DNA of 63,920 bases, filler included, from Octopus bimaculoides (GCF_001194135.2; 4 parts of 4 records of this genome joined end to end with filler, not necessarily neighbours in it); one strand, 5' to 3'. Counted from the first letter of the whole stretch, positions 36,844 to 51,508 are shown. Program-made: numbers and translations. The notes: generated from the sequence alone by a model not told the origin.

Positions 36844-38037
36844 TTAAGTCAATCTTAAGTGTTCCGATCAGTCTTAAGTGTTCCAAATCATTTATCCCAA
36901 AGCACAAAATTTAACTTTAATACATGACACAATGGAATCTCTACATTGTCACTCTAACTGTTAGAAATAATAGCCAAGTCTTGCGTAAATTACAGGCTAC
37001 CATCATTAAAAAGAAACTGATTGAATTAATGTGTTTCTAATTGCAGGAAAAAGTACGATGAAGGCTGCATCACCTTGGGTCATAGGTATTTTGCATTTAA
37101 TCAGCACTGAGATGGAGCTAAACAATAAATAACATTCAACTGCTGGTCGCTTAAAATTCTTGTCCCTACAGAAAAAAGAACCTTGGTCCCTTTTAAGTTC
37201 CAGCAATTTTCATAGATTATTTGCAATTTAAGGAGTTTTCCACATGTAAATTAGCATCTTATATTATGAAGAAATCTATAAGAGTAAACTATATAACAGA
37301 AGAGTTTTATATGTGTAATGAATGTGGATATTTTCCTTTAGGACAAAACTCTACATCAAAGAGTAAAGCTTTTCATGAAGGAACTCACTGAAATCAGAAA
37401 TCAACTCAAACCCATTACAATAAATGTATGTGTGGTGAGTTGTGGTGTGTTTTAGTACGCAACAAATTATAAATACACCCTTTAAAACAATAACTAGACA
37501 GCTTCAGTTCAAATGAGCAATATTTATTAATAGCTCATTTAAGCCATTGTTATTCATTTTCATTTACTGATGATCATTCCTATTTAATTAATTCAATCAG
37601 CTTAATGTTAAGAGAAAATCTGTGTTTGAACTAAAACCAAATAACATATAGGAGAAGACTTGTTGGAAATATTGATCAGTTTGTAGGCATGAGTTCTTTG
37701 GTTTACCACTTAATCTAAATAAGACAGAAATACTATTTCAGCCAGAACTCATGAAATACAGTGGAATGAAGTAGAAAGTGACTTGATATATGTGATTCAG
37801 AAAAGAAAATGACATGTAGAATTATGATAAAGGCAGTTGGTAAATTGTGTAAAAGACTAACCAGATTTATGGTTTAGACAACACTTACACAAGATAACCT
37901 CTATAACCCTTGAGATACCAACTACCTGAGACTGTCTTTGGCTTTATGATACCAAGTGATTTACATTAAAATCTTCCATCAAAATTACATTTTAATTAAT
38001 GTTCCAAACACCCAATTTAATAATAATGTTATTTTAC

Positions 38038-38244
38038 TCTTTTACTCATTTCAGTTATTTGACTGCGGCCATGCTGGAGCACCGCCTTTAGTCGAGCAAA
38101 TCAACCCCAGGACTCATTCTTTGTAAGCCTAGTACTTATGCTATCGGTCTCTTTTGCCGAACCGCTAAGTTATGGGGACGTAAACACACCAGCATCGGTT
38201 GTCAAGCGATGCTGGGGGGGAAAAACACAGACACACAAACACAC

Positions 38245-38276
<32 letters not shown>

Positions 38277-38440
38277 GACGAGCTTCTTTCAGTTTCTGTC
38301 TACCAAATCTACTCACAAGGCTTTGGTCGGCCCAAGGCTATAGTAGAAGACACTTGCCCAAGGTGCCACGCAGTGGGACTGAACCCGGAACCATGTGGTT
38401 CGTAAGCAAGCTACTTACCACACAGCCACTCCTACGCCTA
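38038..38440 (-). mobile_element. SINE family A, full length
   Basis: Reverse complement of 30453-30860. Confidence 0.9.
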
Positions 38441-39129
38441 CTTAATTTACTTAATTCTTCATTATTTTCAAAATTAATTGAAACAAGGGCAGTATATTTC
38501 AACAGAAATATAACAATGTGGATAAATGGCAATTGGAATAGCTTCAACAATTTCTCAACTTTTGAAAATTCAACTTGTCTTAAGTCCCTACAAATACACC
38601 CAACTGGTTATATTTGATTGGATATGCAGAGCATATGTAACAGCTGAATACTACAAGATCAAATCAGTGCTGTACATGAAAAGATATTTCCTAAATTGCA
38701 CTAGTTTCTCTTACCTTCAAATGAGTAAATAAGACTGAATTTGAACCTGTAAATCTTCAATAGCGGAAATAATTACATTTAAAAAAAAAAAAAATTAAAT
38801 GGACAGAGAGAATTTTCAATCTTTTGTCAAGCAGCTGAGAATAGTGAGGTTGGTCAAGAAGGAGAACCAACCCTAAGCCAACTTTAACAAAATGGTATGG
38901 TAAAAGAAACAAAATTTTTAGACAAAACAATCTTTATTTAAGTAAGCAGTTGTCAGATTCTTTAGTAACTCTTCAAATAGATGATTGAGGAGATAAAAAT
39001 GGCATTAAACACATTTAATCAATAATAACTAGTTAGTTTGTAATTATACAAAAACAGAATGTTTAACGACAACAGAGTTAAAAGAAAATAAAAGACATCT
39101 AAAGAAAGTGGCAAACTAAATAAGCTTTA

Positions 39130-39490
39130 CTTATCCAGTTTTATTCCAGCTATTGGACTGTGGCCATGCTGGGACACTGCCTTGAACAAAATAGATCCAG
39201 TACTTATTTTAAAGTCTGGTACGTATTCTACCAGTATCCCTTGCTGAACTGCTAAGTTATAGGAAGGTAAACAAACCAACACCACTTGTCCAGTGATGAG
39301 GGACAAATGCAAATATGAACACACACACACACACACATACACATATAGGCTTCCACACATTTTCCATCTACTATATTCACTTATAAGGCATTGGTTGGCC
39401 CAGGACTATAGCAAAGGTGCCATGCAAAGGGACTGAACTTGAAATCACATGGTTACAAAGCAAACTTGTTAATCACACAGTTGTGCTTCC
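39130..39490 (-). mobile_element. SINE family A, degenerate
   Basis: Recognisable head and tail with heavy CpG decay. Confidence 0.75.
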
Positions 39491-40371
39491 ACCTGAAGTG
39501 AAAATAAGTTTGGTGTTGACAGCTGACATTACTCAAGTATTCTGTTGTCAACTTCTGATCGAAGATTTGTCGTTTCATTGGGGTAATAAGAAAAAAACTT
39601 AAAAGCATTAAAACCTATACTTCAGTCAGTTACTGGGCTGTGACAACATGTCACAGCTCCTTATCTCCAAGTACAAGATAACATTCATGATAACAACTAA
39701 AGAATTAAGTTTCAATGAACACCAACACTATATAAGCTGATGTATAAGTAAGCTGTTGTATAACGCCATGTTAGTGTTGATTGAGTAAAGGTATCCCAGC
39801 TACAACCATCCCATCTTTCAGTACATTTACATCTTTCTTTTAAACCAGTATGGTAGTTTATGGAGAGGTTTAACTTCTATTTCTAGCAGGTCAGATAACC
39901 ATGTAGAAGCTGGATTGATGAGTCAGAAGTAGGATATTGATCTAGACAAGCTATTTAAATAGTTTGCTATTTGATTAAGAGTGACCTTACAACCACTGGG
40001 ATGAAAAGGTCAGAGGTTAAACCATATAGAGAGCGTTAGTCACTACCCTAGGCTGCATCAGACATAGCTGTTGCCTATGTGATGCACTCTATGATAAGAA
40101 CTAACTAGGGTTACAAATACATTTTTGAGAACCTCAACAGGTTGTAGGCCCATATCTGAAAGCCTGTTCAGTGGTGTTCATTCATTTCCAGATTAACTAT
40201 GAGCAAATATTACATAGTAAGTGAAGTGAAATGGTACCATCAGGAACCAAACCTTACATCATATTGTCAACTGGTGGCACTTCTGCAACTGGGATTAAAC
40301 AACCACCTTAAAAATATACTGAGAAAAGGCTACACTCCTACTTCCAAAGCAGGACTTTTTGATAGACAGCA

Positions 40372-40670
40372 TCATCATCATCATTTAATGTCCACTTTCC
40401 ATGCTAGCATGGGTTGGACGATTTGACTGGCGACTGGCGAAACAGATGGCTACACCAGACTCCAATCTGATCTGGCAGAGTTTCTACAGCTGGATGCCCT
40501 TCCTAACACCAACCACTCTGAGAGTGCAGTGGGTGCTTTTTACGTGCCACCGGCACGAGGGCCGGTCTGGTGATACTGGCAATGGCCACACTCAAATGGT
40601 GTTTTTTATGTGCCACCTGCACAGGAGTCAGCCAATGTTTTGTTCACATGCCACCAGCACAAGTGCCACA
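40372..40670 (-). mobile_element. Retroposon family D with (GAT)n tail
   Basis: CATCATCAT..TTTAATGTCCACTTTCCATGCTAGCATGGGTTGGACG; copies at 28.85, 42.05, 45.46 and 53.25 kb. Confidence 0.85.
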
Positions 40671-41962
40671 ACAAAGAAAAAATATGCCAATGTCGATGAT
40701 AATATGAACAACTAATCATCATTTATCACAGTTATCCCAATTAAAACATGAAATTACCAGTTGATTGATCCTCTCTCTTTATAGCTCTATTATATACTCT
40801 ATCAGGCAGTGACAAGGTTTATTCAACACAAATATTCTAATTGTCCACTAACAAAGACACACATGATATTCCAACTATCAGTTTGTAAAGTGACAAGAGG
40901 TAGTTATCTATAAGTACATTGCACTTGATGTATTTCTGAATTAACATATGATAAAGAAAATACTTTTAGAAAAAGTCTATTTCTGAATTAACAACATATG
41001 TGAATGAGAATTTTAATGACATTAAAAACCAATAGTAGCTTAGAAAAAAAAAACTTTACTAAACCAAAGAAGATGTTATCAAATATCGCATGAAAAATAA
41101 TTCAATTATCTTTTTTTATCACATTGCAGTTTATCAGCAGACCAGCAGTAATAATATTACTGCATCATCAAATTCAGAATACTAACATGGATTTGTGATA
41201 CAATATTGATTTTAATTAGCAAGACAAAACAAAACATAAATAAACACAACGGAAAAAAAAAAAAGACAGAGAAATATTAATTCATGGAGATATTTCCCAA
41301 ACTGATGAAACACAGATAACTTCATATGCCAAGAGCAAAAACTAGACCAAAAATTAGACCTAACAATTGAAAGAATCTCATGTCAGTTTTAACAGTTTGA
41401 AGTTAAATTATTTTTATGAAAATGGTTAGGTTGACCAGAGGCCATCAAATTTATTAATTGCAGACATTAACAAATTTTAATAAAATATTTAAAACAATAA
41501 CATGGAAGTCATGATAACCATTTAAATATACTCTTATATTCATTTTTATTTTGTGAAAGTATCATATATTGGTGATAAAAAACGCTGTACACTGACAAAC
41601 TAGTCAGTGATACAATTCTGTCACAACTGGATGGTGTAGAAGAGTGTCCTTAACCAGGTCTTAGACATACAATTAAATTTTTGCATATTTTAGAGTATAT
41701 AACAGCTTCACAAAATAAACAGGATACAACAGCAAATGTGTGTTCATTTTAAATGGTTATTAAGTACTTAACAAGTGCCACTATAGAAATGATTTGTTTG
41801 TTTCCAGTTTTCTGTGAAAATGGGTTTGACCACAAGGAAATATTACTTTGCTTGCTAAACAAGTGAGAGTGGACAGCAGGGGGGGTATTAGGTAACAGAA
41901 AATCTGCCTCAACAAAATCTGTCTTCCCCATGCAAGCATGAAAAAGTGAACATTGAAATAAT

Positions 41963-42027
<65 letters not shown>

Positions 42028-42802
42028 ACACATGTGCATGTGTGTAAGGGCATCCAGCCATAGAAACCATGCCAAATCAGACTAGAGTCTGGTGCAGCTC
42101 ACCAGCTTTGATCACACCGCCCAACCCATGCCAACATGGACAGCAGATGTTAAATGATGATGATGATGATGATGATGATGATGGGGGCAGGGTGAACACA
42201 CACACATCAATCTACTGGGAAGATAATAAATGTATACTGAAAACCTCAAAGACAGAATCCTAAATGTCCTGAGTTCTGGAACTATTGAAGCCAACTCAAT
42301 GCATCCCATTCCAGTATCATCTGATCTCTGACACCCAATATTCTTGAGTGGCTAACTTTTCCTTGCAATGATTCATTTCAACACCAATACCAACATTATT
42401 TCTGCAAGACTAAGTTCTGCAATGGTTTCTTTGGTGTAGAACTAATATCAAGTATTGTAGGAAAAGAAATATAGCAAATTCAATCGACTTTAGCGTATTA
42501 CTAGTTTTTATTTTATCAACACCTTGAACACCAGCGAGATTTGAACTCAGAATACAGAGGATGAAATGAATATCATGAGACACTGAATCTAGCAGTCAAC
42601 TATTTTAGCCAAGTACTCACCCTTATCTCCCTAATTTTCTCTACCACCCACAGCATGGGATTGACACAAAGCATTACCGTAGTAAGAGTGTAAGATGTAT
42701 GGACACCTATAATTAATTCACTAAGTATACATATATGCTTCAGACAACACACAATGGAATATATCATATCAGAAGGTATTGAGGAAATCTTTGACTATTT
42801 TT

Positions 42803-42833
42803 CCACGTTTTATCACGTGTATTCACACGTGAT
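42803..42833. promoter_or_regulatory. Candidate paired E-box element (ATCACGTGT-ATTC-ACACGTGAT)
   Basis: Two ATCACGTG sites form a 9-bp inverted repeat, with CCACGT at 42803 and a further CACGTG near 43207, all in CpG-poor unique DNA. Confidence 0.4.
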
Positions 42834-44354
42834 CACCATCAAATCCAGTGATGAAGAAAGATCAATATTCAGATAACATGAGGCAATTGAAATGCCATAA
42901 AATCTGTGAGCAGACGAGAATAAAGCAAGGGTAAAGGTCAATGAACTTTAACAGTGAGTTTAAGAAAGACTTCAAAAAATAAATACATATAAAGATATAT
43001 ATCATTATTGTTGTATGTCGGGATGGTGTTTTTTTTTGTTGTTGTTTTTTTGTTTGGGATTTTTTTTTTTTTTTTGCCAAATAAACACAGGCACAATATA
43101 TTTGTTCTTCATTCATTTATTACTGTCCTTATTCTAACTCATGTTCATTGTCCCAAAATCAATCGTCACACATCAGTGACACCTCTTCAACGACACTTTC
43201 CATCTTCACGTGTGCTCTTGGTCCATTTATTTCATTCTATTTATCATTATTATATTATCCTTTTTACTTTCTTTTTTTTTTGTCTTGCAAGACTCAGAGT
43301 TGACTGAAGCAGATTTTCTATAACTGGATGTCCTCCCTCCCACCAACCCTCACCTGTTTCCAAACAAGATAATATTTCCCCATGACTAGACATTTTCACA
43401 GAAGATTGCAAATGAAACCTGCTGCTTGTATGACGATGATGGTCACTTATGATTGCATGATGACAAGATAAAGACACATACAAAATGCATACAGAAATAC
43501 AAACATACAAAGATGTAAAACTCTGCAATCTCTCTGTAATTTCTTCCTGTCAACTTTTCCTTAAAGAAGGACATTGTCCAAAGCATAAAATTTTCCACTC
43601 TCCACATCAAGTGCATTAAAATCTTTTTTGTTGATTTTACTAAACAATACAAGGCTTACCAACACACACCAACACTAGTCTCTTTGGAGTCTCCAGATGA
43701 ATACCACAGTCAATTTGCCTTTTCATGATGTATTTGCATAAATGACTATTTTAATCTAATACTGCTTCTGTTACATATAACAAATTTTCATTCAACCATC
43801 CAGCTAACTACAACACCAGTGATTTTTCAATCACTATTTTCCTATATCAGTGACAACAGTTGTCAATGGATACTTGCTACTGATAAGGCCCAAAAAGACG
43901 GAAATATGTATCTAGCATCTTTTTCTTTTTTCAGTAATACATCTATCTATCGTGCCATCTAGTTTAACACCACTAACTTTTGTGTGCCTTTTGTGAAACA
44001 AACTCAATTAAAGCATTTTAATCAGACTACAAGTTCTTGTCAATGTTTTTCCTGAAGGTGTCCACACCCTAGCAACCACATCAATGTCATCAGCCTTTGT
44101 TTTTCTTGGTTTATATGCAAATTAATTCATTACATATCTCCACAGCAATGTTCAGGCCTGAGCAAGGTGGTGTGAAGGAGAAAATACGCAGTATGTTCTG
44201 CTTTTCTACATGGCTGATTTAGTCCAAGAAAAGGCAAGCACTAATACAGCTTGGTGCCAAAGTTGGTATATTAGTAACTAGAATAGTTTATAAATAATAT
44301 TAGATTGCCTTAAGGGATTAATACCTGACATCATCTCATGGTCTGCTTCTTTAA

Positions 44355-44561
44355 CCCTTTCATTACTGTATATATTTTGAGATGCTGTGTTTCTTTCAAT
44401 TACTTTAAATGTAATAAAGAATTTAGTAAAATAACTCAGCTAGTGTTAGGAACATAAATTGTGACTAAGGTTTAGTGGAAGGTTTTAATTGAAAACTTAT
44501 GAAAACAAGACATTTGTATTCAGAACAAGAACCGGTTTCAGCCGGGTTGGTAACGAAAGGG
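44355..44561. mobile_element. piggyBac-type MITE
   Basis: TTAA|CCCTTTCATTAC ... GTAACGAAAGGG|TTAA. Confidence 0.8.
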
Positions 44562-45454
44562 TTAAGCTTTTCTTTATAGTCAGAAACATAGATGAGATCC
44601 AATGTTAATGAAAGTTGAGATAACTGAAATATTGTGGGACGAGCCTGAGTACAGCTAACTTTATTAGTATTAAAGTCAGAGAAGGAAGGACAGGACTTTC
44701 AAGGCTGATAGAGGGACAAAAAATAAAAAGGAAGAAAGTATGACTCGTGAATTGTTACAGTGGAGAAACAATGCATTGAATTATCATCAATCCAGAGACA
44801 GGTCTGAATATTTTGCAAAAGTGTCAACTTAACTCGATGCATGCACGAGCCAAGAGGATTAAATCTATCCCTGAACTTGTCAACTTTACAGTGTTCCTAC
44901 TGCTGTGATTGTTGAGTGTTTCTTACAGCTAGGTAGACTGCTTTTTTTTTTTCAAAGGATACTTAAGTATCTTGACCATGGATTATTAACCTGTCAGTTG
45001 ATTGTTTAATATCTGAGTAAGTCAACTATCCAAAGAGTTACTACAGAAACATATTAACATTGTAATAACACATTAAATATGCAAAATATCTAATATATAA
45101 ATATGGTTTCAGACGGACACACAGTTAAATATTTAAGAAACAATGCTCAAAGTAAAGACTTGTTTGAAATATAATCCATAACAGAAAATAAAATATTCCA
45201 CAACAGATTAACTTAACCCAAACTGACAATTCTAGCAAGAAATTTTCACCATACATAGCCATCATCACTATCAATTTAAGCTCTCTATATACATAGTAGA
45301 AGAAATTAGATGCGTTTCAAGAACACCTTCTTTCTGTTTCCCTTTGTCTTCTATAATACTTCTGTCGGAGCTACATTATATCAGATCACAAACTACCTTC
45401 TCCAGATTGTTCTATCACACTGGGAATAACTTAAGTTTTATACATCAACATTGT

Positions 45455-45850
45455 TTAACGTCTGCTTTCCATGCTGGCATGGATTGGACGGTTTGACTGA
45501 GGACTGGCAAGCCAGTGGGCTGCACTAGGATTCAATCTGATCTGGCAAGGTTTCTACAGCTGTATGTCCTTCCTAATGCCAACCACTCTGAGAATGTAGT
45601 GGGTGCTTTTTATGTGCCACCAGCACGGGAGCCAGTCAGGGGGCATGGGCATCGACCATGTTCAGATGGTGCTTTTTACACTCCACCAGCATGGGGAGCC
45701 AGTCAGGTGACACTAGCATCGACCCATGCTCAAACAGTGCTTATTACGTGCCACCAGCAGGGGTGCCAGTTAGGTGGCACCGGCCATGACTATGATTTTG
45801 ATTTCACTTGACTCAACAGGTCTTCTCAAGCATATCATATCACCTGACAA
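45455..45850 (-). mobile_element. Retroposon family D, long copy
   Basis: Homologous to 40372-40670. Confidence 0.8.
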
Positions 45851-45914
45851 TTCATGGTTACTTTTAAATAGGCCGATAGGTGAAAATCCACAAAGTAGAA
45901 ACGGTACTGTACTC

Positions 45915-46292
45915 TTTACTCTTTTACTTGTTTCAGTCATTTGACTGTGGCCATGCTGGAGCACCGCCTTTAGTCGAGCAAATCGACCTAAGGACTTCTT
46001 CTGTGTAAGCCTAGTACTTATTCTATTGGTCTCTTTTGCCAAACCGCTAAGTTATGGGGACATAAACACACCAGCATCAGTTGTCAAGCGGGGGGACAAA
46101 CACAGACACACAAACATATACATACACATACATATATACGACAGGTTTCTTTCAGTTTCCGTCTACCAAATCCACTCACAAGGCTTTGGTTGGCCCGAGG
46201 CTGTAGTAGAAGACACTTGCCCAAGGTGCCATGCAGTGGGACTGAACCTGGAACCATGTGGTTGGTAAGCAAGCTACTTACCACACAGCCAC
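45915..46292 (-). mobile_element. SINE family A, full length
   Basis: Matches 38038-38440. Confidence 0.9.
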
Positions 46293-47339
46293 TCCTACAC
46301 CTATATATACATAAACAGCATTAAAGTCTTCAACAAACATTGCTAAGAGACAACTATCATACTCAGACCAATTTGTGTGGTGGTCACTACCAGGTTTCAC
46401 AAGAAAGGATGGGAGAGTAGAGGAAATATAACAGGCTTAGACTGCCACACTGCATTCGAAACAATAAACCACTCTTGCCAGAGTGCAGTCTTCAGTCAAG
46501 CAGAGCCATGGAATATCCATATTGCTAAATCTATAGGCCTGCTAAGTAGGTCAAACCAAGAGCTACAACTAATAAACTAATAACAAATAAAATGTTAGTC
46601 CTAATTAGCATACAGATTAAGGTAATATTTCTTTTTTTAGATAATCTCAACCCTGCCATCTGACCCTAGATAATCATAATCCATAAAAAAAGTTATAATC
46701 TATAGATTAAAAATCCAATAATCTGGGAAGGCATTTATAAAGAATACTAATAATGATACCAATAACGATTATCATAAATTAGGGGAGGAAAGAAAATACA
46801 AATGGTTGTTGCCCCTAGCAATAGGTTAAGGTAGTTTAAGGACAAGGAAACAAGTAAGGTTATGAACAGATAATGGATATAAAGGATCCCCTTCCTCATT
46901 TATACACCTCCGCCCCCACACACACAATCATCATCAAATAGTAATTTAAGCTTTCCAATAAATACAAGTAGACTAGCAAACACACACATGCGCTCATATA
47001 TATATTTGTTATATGCACAATATATAAACCAGCAATTGAACATCTCATAGTTAGTTGCTCAACCTGGTAGAAATAACAGCCAAATCTCCCTCTAATTATT
47101 CCCTACTGTCTTAAAAACACTGAACAATACAGTCTTACATATACAAAAAAGACAAGTTTGTCATGGCTGGAATCCCTCTGATGATAGAGATCTGCTAGAT
47201 CAAGGTTTGACTCAAGGCTAAACAACAAATAATATACACATGCAGAGATACATACCCATACATATACACATATATAAACACATATACATACATACATATA
47301 TATATGATTGACCGCTAGCTCCAAAAACTTTTTTTATTC

Positions 47340-47494
47340 TCTCTCTGTTTATTTCCTCGTGTTCCTATCTGTTGCAGAGCACAGGCTTGAAATGTAAAAG
47401 ACTTTCTCACCTTCCCAACCATTATATTAATACACCTGCTTGTTGTTTATACACCTGTCTCTGTCTTTTGTTTCTCTGTAATTTTCAGCTATAT
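47340..47494 (+). repeat. Solo degenerate arm of the H3 inverted-repeat family
   Basis: CTGTTGC-A-GAGC ACAG GCTT-GAAATGTAAAAG...ATACACCTGTCT, homologous to 17700-17850. Confidence 0.75.
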
Positions 47495-48396
47495 NNNNNN
47501 NNNNNNNNNNNNNNNNNNNNNNNNNNNNNNNNNNNNNNTTAATTAATTAANNNNNNNNNNNNNNNNNNNNNNNNNNNNNNNNNNNNNNNNNNNNTTCTCT
47601 CTCTCTTTCTCTCTCTCTCTCTATATATATATGTATATGTATATATATATATACACACACACACACACTTATAAAGTATTGTCTTGAGTCCAAGGACTCA
47701 TAGCCCCAGTTACCAAATTTCCATGGTGTACAAGTAACTGAGGTCTTACCATTCCTCCTCAATGGGGTGCCAGTCTGTCGCCTGTTTACTCATTTACAGC
47801 TGAGTGGACTGGGGCAGCCTGAAATATATGTATATCATCAATTTAGCATCTCCTTGATTACGTGGGTCAGATGATACTTGTTGAGGTAGAATTTTCAACA
47901 GCTGGATGCTCTTCCTGTCACCAACTCTCATCTGTTTCTAAGGGAGGTAATATTTCTCCCTAGTGCAGGCATGCTTTCACTGAAGACTGCAAACAAGTAT
48001 GACCCAGGTCCTTATCTACAATTAACATGCACAATATCAACACAAACAAGCACATCATCATCATCATCATCTTCATCTTCATTCAAAATGTCTGTGGAAT
48101 GGCCTCATCAGTCATTAATAAATATCAATTACATTGTGTTCTGCCTCTATCTATCTCTCTTGATAATTTGTCCACCACAGAGTCCAGGATCTAGCCAAAA
48201 TGGTGAAAAGGTTCCTGTATGTACTTTCTATTTTCTACTCACCAACCTCCCTTTTTGCTTCATGGTTCTCCTGTTCAAGGCAGATCAATCAGTTTGGCCC
48301 AAGGGTTTCTTTCTATTTATTCTCCTTGCATGTCTCTAGACCTGTTTTCCTTTTTATCCTCAACTTTTTTTAATACTTTGTAAAAGGATTGCACTG

Positions 48397-48429
<33 letters not shown>

Positions 48430-51400
48430 TTATATTTGTATCTATATATGCATGTATACATCTATGTGTAAGCACATATATAGATAAATATAGAAACACA
48501 TACATATAAACATATATAAAGAAGATAAAGATACAAAAGTAAAACAAGGAAAGTTATGTGGAGCAGACAAACATATAGCTAGTAAAATGTGTGATGGAAA
48601 AGTGTAGAAATATAAAGCGAAACAACTATCACCAAAGAAGTGTACATATATTCAGATACATTCATAGATGCCTTTAAGAAAGGCATCCAACCATAGAAAC
48701 CATGCCAAAGCAGACAATAGAACTAATTAATATTGTTACCTGAATAATTAAATTTAATAGGGTTATTTTATCAATGACCTTATGATGTTTGTGATTTGCA
48801 GGAAATTGGAAAGAGATAAAATTTAAGTACTCTAGCAGTGTGATAATAGGCATTTAAGTTAAAGACTATAACACATAGGATAAGTGTGTGTGTGTGTGTA
48901 TATATATATACATATATATATACACACATATATATATTTATTTATTTTGCCTAATAAATTCAACATGCATTGCATAACTTTTTCTCATTTGTATATCCAA
49001 AAGCACACACACACGCACACACAGTCACATTGGGAACAAACTGGAAGTCGGATAATATATTCTTTAATGGAATTTATATCATTACTCTAGAACCTGAGGT
49101 TTCATTTTGGCAAATTTCAACAATTATTCTACACAGATTTAACTAGAATTAAGACCACAAACAACACATTGCCATTATTGTTGACAAATCACACACTTAA
49201 CTATAAATGGCTGAATATCCTTTGTGACTTAACCTTTTTGTTACCATATTTTGATTGAAATACAAACCCTTAAATGAAATAAGTTTGTCATTATTGAGCA
49301 GATATTTGGAACATAACACAATTTTCTTATGGAAAGTTTTAATATAATTCACTTTAAAAGAAGAAATTTGCTCCATAGGACTGGGACAGTCTCTGACATG
49401 TTATCAAAGATTAAACTGGAGTTGAATAATTGTTGACATTTATTATGATAAACTCAAGAGTTCTAGAATATTGAATTCCATATATATATATGTGTTTGTG
49501 GTGGTTTTATTGAAACATTGTGTGGAATAACTTNNNNNNNNNNNNNNNNNNNNNNNNNNNNNNNNNNNNNNNNNNNNNNNNNNNNNNNNNNNNNNNNNNN
49601 NNNNNNNNNNNNNNNNNNNNNNNNNNNNNNNNNNNNNNNNNNNNNNNNNNNNNNNNNNNNNNNNNNNNNNNNNNNNNNNNNNNNNNNNNNNNNNNNNNNN
49701 NNCTCACATTGTTCCAGCCGCACACAACCACCTTCTTTAATGTATATATATATGTGTATATATATGTGTGTATATATATATATATGTATGTATATGTATA
49801 TATGATTTTTCCCTCCTTTTCTCTTCCTTTGTTATGTATGAGTTGTGTTTAGTTTCTTGGGGGGGGGCCTGTAAATTTGAAGCTGTGACTTTGCTAATCA
49901 CTCACCTGTAACATTTGGTTGAAGCTCATTGTCAGTGGGGCGGTCACATAACAGAGTTATGTACCTTGATTCAAGGGGTCATAATACATTACCCATAATG
50001 CAAAATTTGGAGCAATGAACACCTCCCTGTCACCCACCACCCGACTGAGTGGTTAGATTGCTGCCAGCCTCCTTCCAGTTTCAATCCTGTCATCTCTTGG
50101 CACAACTCAAGACTATCGTAGCACAGACCTTTGTCCAACATGTTGAGTAATGGGATTGAACCAAAGACATCAGGGTTGCAAGCTAAACTTTTCAACCGTT
50201 CAGTGATTCATCTGGGTTTCCTCTCCCACCCTCACACCCACTCATAATATTACTACTTCCCCCCCNNNNNNNNNNGCCCCTCCTACTGCCCTCTGAAATA
50301 TATTCTTTAAAAAACCGAACACAACTTGTCAATCTAAGTTTGCCACCTCCCTTTATATTCAGCTGTTGTCTTGGTGACGGGAATCAAACGCTAAGGTCCA
50401 GGAGCTTGCTTAAATCTTTATACACATATAATATATATATATATAGTATATATATGTATATATATATATTTAATGTATTTATATGGTAACTCTAAGTATT
50501 TTTTTCTAATCTTTATAAAACAGTTCTGCAGTGTATTTTTAAAACGATATTTATTGTAATACATTTGTAAATGACGTATATTGAAGAACGGTTGTAAAGC
50601 GATATTTATTGTTTGGTGCAAACAGTTGAAGCAATGCTGAATTTAAATAGCGCCATCTATACTTAATCCGCGTGCACTTGACTTCTAGCATGCATAGGTG
50701 CATTATGTTGCCATATGAGTTTTCTCCCCTGTAGCTGCAGTTGCACTGTGTCACATTGAAAGAGGAGAAAACTCATAAAGACACACGCTGTTCCTCCTGC
50801 TTGCTAATGGTTAGTAAGTGCATATACCATTGACAAGCCAGATTTTGTCTCAGCATGTGGCTGGCTGTGAGTACACGTCATTGGCATGGACTAAGAAAGC
50901 AGGAATGCATCTGGCGTTCTCATTGTCTGCTGCCAGACTCGGTCTTTCCATATCACTTTGACTGCAGCAAGTCTTTTGAAGGTTTTTTTTTTTCTCTATT
51001 TAAACAGAACATGTCCATGGGAGATTTTATCTCAGACAAAATCCACAGCATCTTACCTATCAATGGTGTACATACATTGAGATACAAGTCAGGGAGTGGC
51101 ACTTCCTCACACAGCTGTCCTCATCCATACGTAGCACATGACCATACCAGCGGCCCAGAGGCATCACATTTGATGCTTCTTATGCCTAACTTTTCTCTCT
51201 GGGTACTTACACTCTGTCGTGTGTGCACACTGACATTACACATCCAACAGATCATGCTAGCTTCATTTCTTTCAAGCCTACGCATTCAACTGGAACCCAC
51301 ATCATCGTAACTAACAGGGTACCAGGGGAGGGGATATATGTGTGTATGCATATATATATATATATATATATACTTGGGAATTATATATATATATATGTAT

Positions 51401-51508
51401 GTATGTATGAACTTCTTGGTGCATAGATACCTGACCCGTGCCTCCATATATATATATGACAAGGGAAACTGTGAGATAACGGTTTGTCATCTTTTCTCTG
51501 TTTTCCAG

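Noticed and set aside
38715-38746. 32-nt minus-strand micro-exon candidate ending SFE
   Set aside because: No start codon or homology; it looks repeat-derived.
43660-43726. Possible SREBP first exon MKRQIDCGIHLETPKRLVLVCV with a phase-1 GTAAGC donor, in frame with exon 2
   Set aside because: It lacks the acidic character of SREBP exon 1 and has no other support; kept only as a candidate for RNA-seq checking.
44060-44110. DDID motif on the minus strand resembling the end of SREBP exon 1
   Set aside because: There is no phase-1 GT donor, and a stop lies a few codons upstream with no ATG.
50855-51310. 151-aa ORF just upstream of the GRASP exon, containing DFI...INGV
   Set aside because: It does not align to GRASP exon 2 (no NSPG or FFDF) and has no suitable splice sites.
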